Source: Lingula anatina
Taxonomy: Eukaryota > Animalia > Brachiopoda
DNA length: 64,000 bases
Assembly: GCA_051362555.1 (NCBI GenBank)
Contig: CM120640.1
Coordinates: 15,996,001 to 16,060,000, forward strand
Direction: 5' to 3'
Shown: in pieces, positions 51,203-63,955 of the stretch
Layout of the letters: each line of letters starts with the position of its first letter
Numbering within the stretch: the first letter of the stretch is position 1
Translations under genes and position numbers: made by a program
The notes under the pieces: model-generated
The model's database searches: none
What the model saw: the letters and a program-made list of their open reading frames with translations, nothing else
Told to the model about the DNA's origin: nothing

Positions 51203-53031
51203 ATGATCGAGATGGCACAGGCAATTGATCCTATGCTTAACGCTGAAAATACATTGACAAAGTGCGGAGACGATACGGTGAGTTACTACTATTTTATTTT
51301 AGATACAATGTTATACATTGTATGTCACTGGTTAAAACTTTTAAACAGTGTTTTTACTAATGGTGATAGAGATGTTACTGTCAGATCATTGGAAGTTGAC
51401 ACTGACATTGTCATAAGGTGTCTTCTTTTCACAACTCGGGATAGTGCGTTTGCCTTTTAAAACAAGAACACTATTATTAAAGAAAAAAGGCAATAACAAG
51501 TAAATAACGAAACAATCAATTTATTTAATTGACAAGTTGATATTTGAGATAATTTGATGATTTTTTCCGAATGGGACTGACATTGAATCTGACAGTAAAT
51601 GGCAGAATTGTTAGTAGATGGATTTTCTGTGTTCATAAAAGCGCGCGGTGCTATACCGAAATATGCGGATTAGAGTTCACCTGTAATTATCGGTAAAAGG
51701 CGGTATAATCCCCTGAAGTGCTTCCTTCCCACGACATCCTTAAGCACATTGTGCAATGTTAAAGATAAGTAACATAAGCTTTTATTAAACAAACTGAAAT
51801 ATCGAATGCGGTTGATGTTTCTTAATGATTTCATCTTTTATTTACGTATTCCTTATTTCTTAAATTGCAGACATGGCGAGATGTCGAATGTCTCCTATAT
51901 CAAGATAACAGCCCATATGACAACATGATGTTTGGGAATAACAATACTCAGGCTGACACCTTCAGTAACCAAGGCAGCCCAATGAGCACTGCCAGCAGCA
52001 GCGGCAGCAGTTCCTGTGGTAGCCCGCAGATGCCTCAACAACATTCCATGCGAATGGGCAACCCAACGCCCCCTGCCCAGTGCACGGATGAGATCTATGA
52101 CGATCTTCTTGACTTTGATTTCATTCTGTCCAACAGCATGATGCAAGAGGCTAACATGTACCCAGAAGACAGCGGGTTGAAGTCGGTGAAACAAGAGCGA
52201 ATGTCACCAACCAATGCTGAGACGCTACCAGACTTTTCCTCCGCTTTCTTGGACATTCCTGACATAAAATTCGATAGTGAAAGTAACACTTATTTTCCCC
52301 AGCTGCAACAACAACAACAACAGCATCCTCCCCAGCAACAACAACAACAACAGCAGCAGAAGCTGACCACCCAAATGAAGCAGGAGTACCCAGCAATGTC
52401 TAACCAGTGTGCCAACTACAATGCCAGCATGACTGCCATTCCTGTGCAAAATATGCAGCAACAACAACAACAACAAATGCCTTACGTACACATCGGCAAC
52501 ATGACTCCCCCTGCCTCCCCAGAAATGAGAGAGGACGGACAGAACCCCATGAAAGCCATGCATTTCCAGATGATGCAAACGCAATACATGATGCACCCGC
52601 ATCACATCCTCCCCAAACTCCCCCACCAGGCGCCGCAGATCACGCCAGTACCTCCGCACGTCATCACACCACCCAACTCTCCGCAGCTAGTCGAACTTCT
52701 CTTTCCTCAGGGTCTTGATCCAAATCAACCAAAGAAAAGGGGGCGCAGAACGTGGGGGCGCAAGAAGCAGACCACGCACAGCTGCTCCCACCCGGGCTGC
52801 AGTAAGACTTACACCAAAAGCTCCCACTTGAAAGCTCACCTCCGCACACACACGGGAGAGAAGCCATACCACTGCAACTGGAAGGGTTGCGGATGGAAGT
52901 TTGCCCGCTCCGACGAGTTAACGCGCCACTACCGCAAACACACGGGGGATCGCCCTTTCCAGTGCCACCTCTGCGAGCGCGCGTTCTCTCGCAGCGATCA
53001 CCTGTCTCTGCACATGAAGAGGCACATCTAA
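51203..53031 (+). CDS. KLF2/4: Kruppel-like factor of the KLF1/2/4 class, 2 exons, about 411 aa
   Basis: Exons 51203-51277 and 51871-53031 (phase 0, GT-AG). Three C2H2 fingers ([55 protein letters not shown]), basic [12 protein letters not shown] and acidic [12 protein letters not shown] are diagnostic of KLF2/4. PolyQ tracts present. Confidence 0.95.
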
Positions 53032-54360
53032 ACCGCACGTGGCTGGCATGAGCCTGAAATCATTGCTTTTTTCTATGCTGTATAGACATTTTTACGCTGA
53101 ACTGCCGTTGATTGAGATTTCTTCTCTTTTAACTGGTCAACTTGTGAGCATGATATTGTGCGAGTTAGCCAATGCATGCTGGGATGGTGTGTCAAGCGTT
53201 GTCTATGCAAGCGTCGCCGTCGTTGGCGTCTGTCAGGTTGTCGGGGTACTGCGCCGAGGTCCGTGGGATGCGCAAGATGTCTTACCAAGAACTGTGGCTG
53301 TTCCAGTGAGGGACGCCATACCTCGACTTAACGGTCAACTTACCTTAGCTGCTCGTATGAGCCAAGGTTTCAATCGACGGTCACCTAGCCGAGTCTCATC
53401 TCTGGCGTTTCGTAATGAACGCGGTGACTGTTTTTTAGTTCGTTAACGATGCAGGTGTTCCAACAACGTTAAAACACTCCATAAGAGAGCTGATGGCATG
53501 TTTTGTTTTAATGCCCGTTTGTTAAGATCGTGCAATTTGTTTTGCATGCATGTTTTAATTTCTTTTTTTTTTGTGATACCCTTGGATGAGGCAACTTTCC
53601 GGGTTTTAAGTTTGTACAATATAATTTTGTTTCATATACATATTTTGCTGGACAAATGCCTATTTATAGCGTGTACATAATGTTATTTTAGCGCTAGCTT
53701 GTCACTTAATGATTTTTAAATCATTATTATTTTTTATTTCTCCGGCTCTTCATTTTTGCCAATCTAAACCTTCAGATAGTGGGTACAGGGTATCCTTTTA
53801 TGTCTGACATGTTAAACAAAATACGTTATTTCGTATATGCACGTAGCTACTTATGTAGTGGTCTATTATATACGCAGCTCACGAGGTGTAGGCGTCAAGT
53901 CCACGATGCAGCGCATCGTTTAAGTATATAGTAGGAACGCTGAAGCCAGTATATACTCAGTTATTGCCAAATATATATTTATGTAAATCTTTCTGTAAGC
54001 TGTACAAATTACGTGATTATGGTGCTCTACTGTTGATGAATTCCATTTAAAAGAATTTGTATTTTTGTACGAGAAATTGCATATATTCGCATATTTAATA
54101 TTATACATTATCTAGTCACGCAATATACAGGGCAAGTACTGTACAGATGTGTCACGAAGGTACGAATGTCTGATTGTAACATCTTCACTCGAAAATGTCT
54201 TTTATAATTGAAAAGATCATAGTATGAATTGTGATATATTGGTAGTCTGATAAAGTGCACATTTTCTGATCAGTTTTGTCACATTTATACATGTGAACAA
54301 TTTGTACGATGTGCCAGCGTAGCTGGAACAATGTCATTTACAATGCAAGTTAAACTGAAA

Positions 54361-54366
54361 AATAAA
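54361..54366 (+). terminator. Likely polyadenylation signal of the KLF gene
   Basis: AATAAA followed about 25 nt later by a T/GT-rich tract (ttgttttgtct), implying a 3' UTR of about 1.35 kb. Confidence 0.6.
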
Positions 54367-55892
54367 TTATTAAAACTTAATCACTATCATTGTTTTGTCT
54401 TCAGAATTTAAATATTTAAGAAGAAATAATATTTTCTACAATCTCAAAATATGATCTCGATCACAATACAATGACGCGGAAGCTTTACACCAAGAAGTTA
54501 ATGTTGTCACCGGAAGCATTTTATAAGAAAAAACATTTTCGACAATTTTGATATTAGACAAGGAAAACGGCAAAATGACGCGATAGATATTTTCAGTATA
54601 GTATCAGTTAAAGCAAAAATGTTAGAAAATCGCTTGAAAGCGGAAGTTTCATATCAAGAAGTAGGGTTTTAAGAGAGATGTTATCGAAATGATAAAGAGC
54701 CATTTTGTAGAGAATAATGATATTAATAAATCATTTGACCCATTACGTGGAAAATGACGGAATATTATCTCATCATAGTTAAAGATTGCAAAAATACCGA
54801 CAGATGTAGCGTTATTAAGAATGTGTCAGTGTAATTCACAAAAGCAGCTTTTTTTTCAGAGAAAAAGGGTATGAATTCAACTAAAAAGATATATCACACA
54901 AGGTGCAAAGTGAAAAAATAGCTCGAGTGTACTGTTATCGAAAAAGGCCAGCAGCCCAACAAAATCTTCAGGCCTAATAGTAAACTAGGTTGAGGGATTT
55001 TCCCCGGAGACTCAGAAAAATGTTAGTCTCTAAGATGGCGATCATTTTCCCCGAGGGCCCGGAGTAGAAATGTGCGTGTTTGACGATTCCCCACACTCTG
55101 TTTAGCTTCGGGAATCGCTTTGCAAAAAAACAAAATGACTTAATCGATATGTATAAAACAGCTCACCGTAAACCTTGTACATATAAAAACTACACTTCAA
55201 CAATGTGATATGTAAAAAAAAATCCATAATTTTAAAACGCATGCACATTTTAAGAGAATCTGAATCAAAACCTGATTTCAAAAAACGAATTTAACTTTAA
55301 ATTATCTTGGATCCTTACCGCCTCTCACATTTATAAGGATGCAAATTTCAGTTAAAGCGTCTTGAACGCGACCATCCAATTTATTAAACAATGAATTACC
55401 ATGAACGGAAATCTCACTCTTGCGACATACTGGCTTCTGCACATCCTGGTCGCACACGTGTTAGCGCGTGCAATTAAATACCTTCTGTCGTGCTAAAGAC
55501 TGGTATTAGGCATTATGTAGATTGGGATCTTTAGAAATATTTGACCCGGAATATATAATGAAGTTTTTTACTGTCGTGAATCATGTCTGAAGATTGTCTG
55601 TGTGAAACCGTTCATTGCTAATGGACAGGGATAAATTCAAAGTATATATTTTCAAGTCTAATATTCATTTTTACCTGACTAAGCGTGTAGAAATTTACCT
55701 CGATGTTGGATGTATAGCAAAATTGGATATGCAACTGCTTTTATGTTTTAATAATGACTTACAATAAAGCCGACATAAATGTTCGTATATATTATTCAAT
55801 TTATCATTAAATTGCCCTGTGCATAAAAAGGAGAAAGAAAAAAAAAGAAATGAAAATGCACGTAATGTTCTCTTCCTCTTTCTCGCAATTTG

Positions 55893-55895
<3 letters not shown>

Positions 55896-55932
<37 letters not shown>
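55896..55932. repeat. (CT)n microsatellite
   Basis: Directly visible. Confidence 0.9.
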
Positions 55933-55935
<3 letters not shown>

Positions 55936-57336
55936 TTTTCAAATTCCCACTCAAACTCAACATCAAAACACTTGCAAACAGAAATAAATAAACCACGATG
56001 CTAAGCGACGTTGGCCTCAAGCATAATGCTGCTGGGATGAAGTAAAATATTTACACTGCTTCGTATCATCACTATCATGCCTGCAAGTTACAGTTACTTA
56101 GCACAACTTAATAAGTGGATTGATTAAAAAGGTCAACGCGTCACGACGACACAGTTAATGTTGTGTTTATAAAGTTGAGACAACCATTAAAAACAGATAC
56201 ACAAGCTTGCCTATGAAAAGGAAAACATTACTTTTCCTTAATAGCAAACATAAAAGATCATAGCTGCATGTTAACGATATACAGGTATCACAAATAAGCC
56301 CATTTCTAATTTAAAAATGAAATGCGGTGCAATTAGGATATATTTTACGAGGCTCAGCAGTGCGGCACTTTTGTTGAAACGGTATTTATAAAGTGAGATA
56401 TGCCATTCAGGCCAACGCCTGGAACGCGTTTACAGGTTAACTTGCTATCAAAATCTATCAATTAAAAACACACCAGTACTGATAGCAGCTGTACAATTAA
56501 AAGTAAACATATCGCTAGGATTATTCACAAATCTAGCTGTATCTCCTTCTATTTGTGAAACTGTATATCTTTGAAAATGTGGTGCAGTTGGCCAGATCCC
56601 GATAGCACACTCTTTGAGCGATAGAAGGGTTAGATCAACACTAGCGGGACTCGACACAATCAGGTGGCCCATCTACCACATCTCAGTGAAACAAAATGAT
56701 ATACCGCTGGCCACACACGTTGTGCGTCGTACGCTCCTAACACATTTGGTCTTCTGCATATTTTCAATCCACTTTCACCTTAATATATAAAATAGTTCAA
56801 AAAAATAAGCCTACGACAAAATGCTGAACAAAATGAAAAAATGCACAGAGAGGTATACCAGCTGCTGGCCTACAAACTCGTGGTAATTCTAGAATTTTCA
56901 GCATGAATCGACCTAAATCTTTATCAAAATGATCAAAAACAAGAGTTTCTCCGAAAAAAGGATAAGAAGCCTATAATCAAGGAATTTTCATACAGGTCCA
57001 GGCTAGAAAAAATAAGTGCTCAGGTGAGCTATCATGCTGTCATTTTTGCTGTAAAAAATATGAAAGACTGGAAAACATTTTGAGCATCATTCCAAATTCC
57101 AAATGATAGATTTTCACGGTAATGATATCCATTGTCATGTAAAAATTGGGTCTTAACAGTAGGGAAGGACACCCTATGAGTGCAAATAGCAGCGATGCCC
57201 ATCCATAATCGAAAGGAGAGAAATTTAATGCATTAACGAAACATAAGCAAATACACCTGGCTTGCCTGTATCATATTGAACCAGTATTTAAAACTTACTA
57301 GGATGTAATCTATCTTTATCATAGTTCACTGCTATG

Positions 57337-57878
57337 CAGAAGCGGATTAAGGGGGGTGTCAGGGGCAGGATTATTTGAAGAGGGTCCGGAACGCCTGGCC
57401 TCGGATGCGAAGCCAACCGTCGCCCCCTGGGTGTGGGGTTCGTGGCCTGCTCAAGGGCCCCGAATTTTTTTTTGGTGTTTTGGAGAGCTAACAGTGCCCT
57501 TTGGTACGGTTTAGAACTATGATTTAGTTAGTCAAAATTCTAATTGCAAGAGGGGAATATTGGTGTGATATATTTTCCAGAAACCGAAGGGGGTGTCAGG
57601 ACCCTCCTGACCCCCCTTTAAATCCACCACTGAGGGGGGTCCTGACCCCCCCCCCCCTTTGATTTCTGAAAAAATCGATGGTCCCCTCTTGCTTAGAATT
57701 TTGACTGGCGGGTCCATAGTTCTAAACCGTACCAAATAGCACTGTTCATGAATCTAACATTTCTAAAATACCAAAATTTTTCGGGGCCGAACCCCACGCC
57801 AAGGGGAGGGGTGGGGGGAGGGGTCGGTTTCACATCCGCGGATCCCTCTTCAAATAACCCTGGATCTATGCGCCCCTG
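57337..57878. mobile_element. Composite foldback MITE with CAG...CTG ends and a 5-bp TSD
   Basis: CTATG at 57332-57336 and 57879-57883. Several nested inverted blocks, e.g. tttggtacggtttagaactatg/catagttctaaaccgtaccaaa and ttatttgaagaggg/ccctcttcaaataa. Confidence 0.7.
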
Positions 57879-58467
57879 CTATGCAAATATCAACTCGAGT
57901 TCTTGCAAATGAAAACATACAAAGTAGGAGAATATAAAAATAGTACCCTGTAAGAAACAATCATAAGCAACATATGTAAATGAACACCGAATAAAAACCG
58001 ACGCATAGAAGGTTGAAACGACGACTTACCTTACCGACCTTACCAGTCAGGTACGCCTTTAACAAGATATAACGAAGGGGCAACCAACATCCCAACATTC
58101 ATTTGAAAAGAATCGTATAATTTGAACCATAAAATAAATATTATACACGATACTTCGTTGCACCAGAGCAGTAGTCGGAAGAATATACTAGTATATTTAT
58201 ATACAAGGTGTGTGCAACTAAAAATAGCACCAAGCTCGCATTGGACGTCGTTTAGTCATGTGACAAAATATGTGCTCTTCATTGGATAATAGTGCCCATG
58301 TGACGCATTCATTGATCAACATTCTAAAAATAGCAGTTCCACGTTGTGCTATATTTATAAGCTTTGTCGATTGTTTCAATATCCGTATTCAAAAGACAAT
58401 TCCATCTACACAGGTCAATTGTAATTTACATCTACAAGATAAAAATCTAACAAGTGGATTAACATGT

Positions 58468-58473
58468 TTTATT
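58468..58473 (-). terminator. Candidate polyadenylation signal of LMBRD2
   Basis: AATAAA on the minus strand about 0.9 kb after the stop, where CpG-depleted sequence ends. Confidence 0.45.
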
Positions 58474-59387
58474 GTGTTCAACTAGAATACATATCGATTA
58501 AATACCACAATACAGTAAATATATTAAATAAATACCCTTATTAGTCTTTGGTGAAATAATACACATTGTGTGATTATTGAACACTTATAACATTAAATTC
58601 AGCAGTTACTTAAAAAGCAATATTTGTAAAGAAATAAGTAGAGATTCAATGAAACCATTTTGCTCAAATATAAGGTAAGTATTGTTTCTTGTCTGTTTGA
58701 TACTTGTCTTGTGGGCAACAACCATTGACTAGATCTCACTGAGACAAAAGCACTATTTCACATCTCGATACTCCACAATGGAATTCTAAACAAAATGACA
58801 CAACCACATGAAAAAGATTAAAACTTAACAATATGGATTTCCCGCTGTACAACAAAATATTATAGAATTCCATAAATTATGACTGGAATGTGAAAATAAG
58901 AAGCCTTGCAAATACATGTATTAGATTCAAAACCACCCCAAACGTCATTTTGGACCACTAATATCCATCATATGATTCATTACATGTCTCACTGATTAAC
59001 ATCAATATATACAGCACAGAAGAATAACCTTATAACTGGTAACTTCTTAAAAATAATTATACAAGCACATTCCTTCTTTTACTGTACTTTCAGTACAATG
59101 CTTCCTAACTACACTGGTGCATTTAAATAAATAAACAATTACACATAAATTTCAGCTTTGATATCAATACAATTCTATATCATTTGATATCATTTATTGC
59201 ACATTTCTAATCCATCTTATCTTAACATCTATGAAATATAACTAAACAATAATGTCTTCAACTGTACACAGATATTCTCCTTTTTTCTCTAGTGTGGGAA
59301 ACAATGGAAAGATTTAAAGAGTACATATCCCATTTTCTGTGCACCAACTGGCTAAATATATCATAAATTGTATATTCGTCATTAGGA

Positions 59388-62300
59388 TTATACATCATCA
59401 AATATTCCCTTAGGTGGTTTACCACTAACTGGTCTGTTAATAGAGAACTTACTTCCAACCCCACCCACGGCCTGGTACCCCCCTCCCCCTGCACCCCGAG
59501 ACCCCCAAGGTCCCCTGGCCCCTCCCCCACTATTTGTGCTGGGAGTGAAATCCTCAAAGTCATGCTCGTCTCCCGTGTAGTCCACTGGCTCAATCTCTCG
59601 CAGAAGCCCAGTCCTGTCATTCTCCTCTGAATTTTGTGACACAAAAGATTTACCTGAAACAGATAACAAAAACTATTTACAAACATCCCATAAGTATTAT
59701 ATCAAATTTTCATGTGAAAAATATTGAAACCTATATGATATAGTTTGGTTTGCTTTAAGAGAAGTTTAAGAGAAGTTTAAAAAAACATTGAGCTGATTAT
59801 TTTTACATTCACACTGAGTTCACTGAAGGTACTGTATATTGCATGCTGCTTAAGTTTCATATGAGCCTTTCATGCTTTTACGCCTAATTCAAATACTTTA
59901 TGCTCTGTCTAAATTCACAGGGTATCAATTACTTCGTTTCATGTCACCCCATACTCAACATGATTATTCACAATTATGAAACCTGTTAATTTTTATTCAG
60001 GATATGTTTGGAAACCCCTTGTTTTGTTTAAAACAAAGGATAAATGTACAAGTTTTTTTAAATCATGTCATTTTATTTTGAATACCCATCAGGTATTTAA
60101 GTAAATCAAATTATTTTTCACTTAACATACTTCACAAATCATTTATATGCACTGAAAGTGCCACAATCAAGTTAAAACATTACCTATATCACTGGAAACA
60201 CTTTTGATAACTTTGCTCTTAGCTGAAAGCATACAAATGGGTATACAGAACTGATCATAGATCTATTTTCTCTATATTACAGGATCTGTGTGGAGTAAAT
60301 AGCTGTTAGCAGGAGAGCAGGTGGGCAGAGAGGCAGGTTGTTCATTCAGTGATTAGTAATAAAGTGAACCAGGAATGAAACATATTTTCAATTGTTTTGT
60401 AAATTCACTATTCTTCTAAGGAGACAATGCAGAAGGTTGAACCCGTTTCCTGTCTAGTAACATTTCTGCTGCAAAAGGAGTGCTATGTGCACCGTTATTA
60501 GTGGGTTAGTTGAGTCAATTATATTTGTCCTAATACCTATATCTAACCTAAAATCTGTCATACAATTATGTCCTCAAAGCCATTGCAATGGGCATTTGTA
60601 CAGCTCCCATATTTCTGACAAACTGATAACTTACATCTTTTAAAACTGATGTCTGCTCCATGACCAGATATGAATAGCTATCATGTAAAACAGACTGCAG
60701 ATGTACCAAGAAGTGGCAGAGTTAGTTATAAATTAAAGCAATTCAAGCATTCTTTTTATGCTTACATGCTGCATGCTAAATGAAAAGTTAGAATGGAGGA
60801 AAAAAATGGTGCTGCTAAGAATTCTATTGACCTAGATACCTAGATATTAAGATGAAGTAAAATTTAAGGGCACAGAAATCACATACATGCACAGAAAAAA
60901 TGAAAGAAAAATAAACTTCTAAAATTATAATAAAAACCATATCTTTTATTCCAAAACAATTGCACAAAAATTCAGCTTTAACAACACCTTAGAAATAATA
61001 TGTATTTACAAATGTACAGGAGAAAGTGAATACAAAGTGTCATTTCATTGCTCACAGCTAACAACATTGAATTTAAGAACCATTATGCAACAGTCTGGCA
61101 TGTTTATCTGTATAATTTTGGTCTAATCATACTGTGCCAACAATGGTCTGTACTGTATACCTTGTTCTCTGTTGCTGAACCTGGCTGCAGTGTCTGATTC
61201 ACTAGCACTCTGGTCATCGCCATAGCGCTCATTCCACTGGCGACGCCGGGTCTCCCCTGCTAATCTTCTTTCTATTTTCCTTCTCTCTGGAATATGGAGC
61301 AATCCTCATATCAATGTAGAAATAATTTTGAATGTATGCTTATTCCATCATCTAAATACTACTGGGTAGGTAGAACATTAAATTAATGCCTCTCTCAAAA
61401 TTAAAAAAAAATTTAAAGTAGCAATGATTATAAAATAGGCTTCTGTACATGTAGGCCTAGAGTTTTATATTTCAGTAATGTAATCATATTAATGAATATT
61501 AATGAATAAACATAAACTGCTACTTTTCATGACTTATTCATGAAAATTTTACATCACTCCAGGCTTCCTTAAAATGATGCAGGAATTTTCGATCCCAGCT
61601 CTCAAAAACCAACCTCTTTTTACAATCTCCCTCCCCTCGTCAACAAAGTCTTGCGTCATGTCATCATCACCAACAAACTGCTGGAAGCCCAGGAAGTGGA
61701 GACATCTGGTGCCAAGATTGAAATATGTGGCAAAACACAGCAGGACGATGGCAATGGGGAAGTATATATTGAACCCATCTGCTATGAAGGAGATCACATC
61801 CATGTGACCCATTATCTAAAGAAAGTCATGAGAAACATTTAGTAGTCTATATTTTCATTTACTCAAAATGTCAGCTGTTGGAAGCAGACAGAATTTAATG
61901 TCAATATGGAATTATCAGGCACTATGACCACTAAATAATCTTTAATTATCAGCATCCTTTCTAAAAAGTACCTACAAATACCCAATAAAAATGGTTTTAT
62001 TTAAATTCCTTAATTGTACCTGTGTGTAAGATGTTTCCAAATTATCTTCATCTGCAGTGACATGGCTGTCTAAATGAATCAACCCCAAAAAGTTGAGACA
62101 CAGTGGAGGAGTCAGACGACAGAGCAGGCTATGGGGGAAAAAAAATTAAAAAGACACTGGTAATGAAAATTCAAACTAAATTTTCAGATCTGTCAAAAAT
62201 TTTTCTTTTACTCTGATGATTTTCAACGTGATATAAATTTCAAAAAGTCAAAATCAAAAATCTTTAATCACTTACATGCCAGCAAAGAGCAGGCTGTTGG

Positions 62301-63252
62301 CATCAGTCTGGTGGTGGGAAGCAATGTAGTAGTAGTTGAACACACGGATCTTGAACACTGTGTAGTAAGCACACAGACTGAGATATGCTATGGTCACAAA
62401 TGATGCAAGCTGAAACAAAAGAAAAAAAATAATGTATCAATGTCTGAGAACTTTTCAGTGTGACTGTACAAAAAGCAACTTTGCAAGCTTTACTATACTG
62501 TGCAAGACCCCATTTATCTTAAGACAAGCAAATGTTAGAATTCAGGATATGTAGTTAAACGTCAAACTTACCACAGTGAACTCAAATGAACTCAAAGAAA
62601 GAATGCATACATGTATCACATCTTTTGAAATCAAAATAAATATCAAAGAATACCCCAGGAAAAATATCTGTCAGTCAATAAAGCATCCATATGGAAAAGA
62701 CACCAATTATTTTTATCATAAATTACAAGATATGTCAGACTTCATACTTACCTCAATATACAGATAGTTATAATTCTCCTTGGCAAGATTGATAAATATA
62801 GCAAACAACGACAGAACAGGTTTCTTGTTGAAAAATGTGACCTCAGACCATACAACCATCATGGAGAAAATGGCCAAAATAACAGACACAATCTTCAGCA
62901 CCCATGACTGGAACAAACACTTCCAGTACCACTCTGAAAAGTAAAAATTATATGATTAAATCATTACAATATATAATATGGAATAACAGTTACAGACAGT
63001 GCCTAGAACAGCTATAGTTGGATTATTCTCTGCTTATCATGTGACACTGGTTCAAAAAATAGACAAAGCTTTACATGACACATTTCCACATCATAATAAT
63101 ACATGCACAATATTGCAGGTTCCAAAATTCTAAAATCCATTACATTATTAAACAACATATGTTCAATATTCATAATCAGTAATTGTTCCCTTTATATCAA
63201 CTGCAGGTAACATAAATCAATTATGCAGCCAAGTTTAATAGTGTCTGTGCAA

Positions 63253-63313
<61 letters not shown>

Positions 63314-63955
63314 TCTAACAAGTCATACCAGCACAGGAAATATCTGACAATGCTCACCTACACTTGGACTGTGGCAAAGTTTAAAAAAGCCTTGATATTT
63401 CCCATAGGATCTCTTGAATCTTCTGTCTGGGCTCTTTAAATTAGACTCTATGTCTTCCAAGTCATATGCCTTTTGCACCAGCATGTCCCACTGGCAGTGA
63501 GTCCTGTGGTAGTTCTGAGAGGCCTGAAATAGGATAACAAGCTAGCTGTAACGACAAGAGAGAAATATGTCCACTGGTCTGGTTCTCAAGCACCATGAAA
63601 CAATAAAAAAGATTTCTGAATTTTGGGGGAAAATATGTTTACCACAGTCTATGAAGGTAAAATAGGAAAGCATATTACTATAGGATAAGGCAAGTTTTGA
63701 ATACCTTGAAGAAAGTTTTCCGAGCCAATCAATTTCTTGCATATGAACTGGTAACTGTAAGGTTTATTCCATGAATAACTTCATAATTACAAATATGCAT
63801 GGCTCTTGAGAGAAATGTTGCTTAATACGTACTGCAATGACTTTCTTGTGCAACTTAACCAAGTATTTTTCAGACGGAAGATCTCTGGGCTCCTCATAAT
63901 CCTGAAAGTCGTCCATGGCACCTCGCTTCACAGATTTCTGGAATTCTTCAGGACA
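59388..63955 (-). CDS. LMBRD2: LMBR1 domain-containing protein 2, 3' nine exons; 5' part lies right of the window
   Basis: Minus-strand exons 63955-63833, 63523-63358, 62933-62752, 62409-62276, 62128-62020, 61815-61614, 61286-61161, 60222-60184 and 59653-59388 join in phase. Motifs [72 protein letters not shown]; C-terminus IFDDV*. Confidence 0.94.
63253..63311. repeat. (AAT)n microsatellite in an LMBRD2 intron
   Basis: About 19 perfect units. Confidence 0.95.

Noticed and set aside
51895-53446. Several antisense, alternative-frame and downstream ORFs over KLF
   Set aside because: Expected shadows of a GC-rich, CAA/CAG-rich coding exon and GC-rich proximal UTR; no recognisable domains.
56936-57035. 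aacaag... and gtgctcaggtgagcta motifs resembling mollusc HINE termini
   Set aside because: Only short fragments with no matching partner subTIR; too degraded to call.
60635-60694. Second possible cassette exon in LMBRD2 with a strong GTAAGT donor
   Set aside because: In-frame stops from both candidate acceptors.
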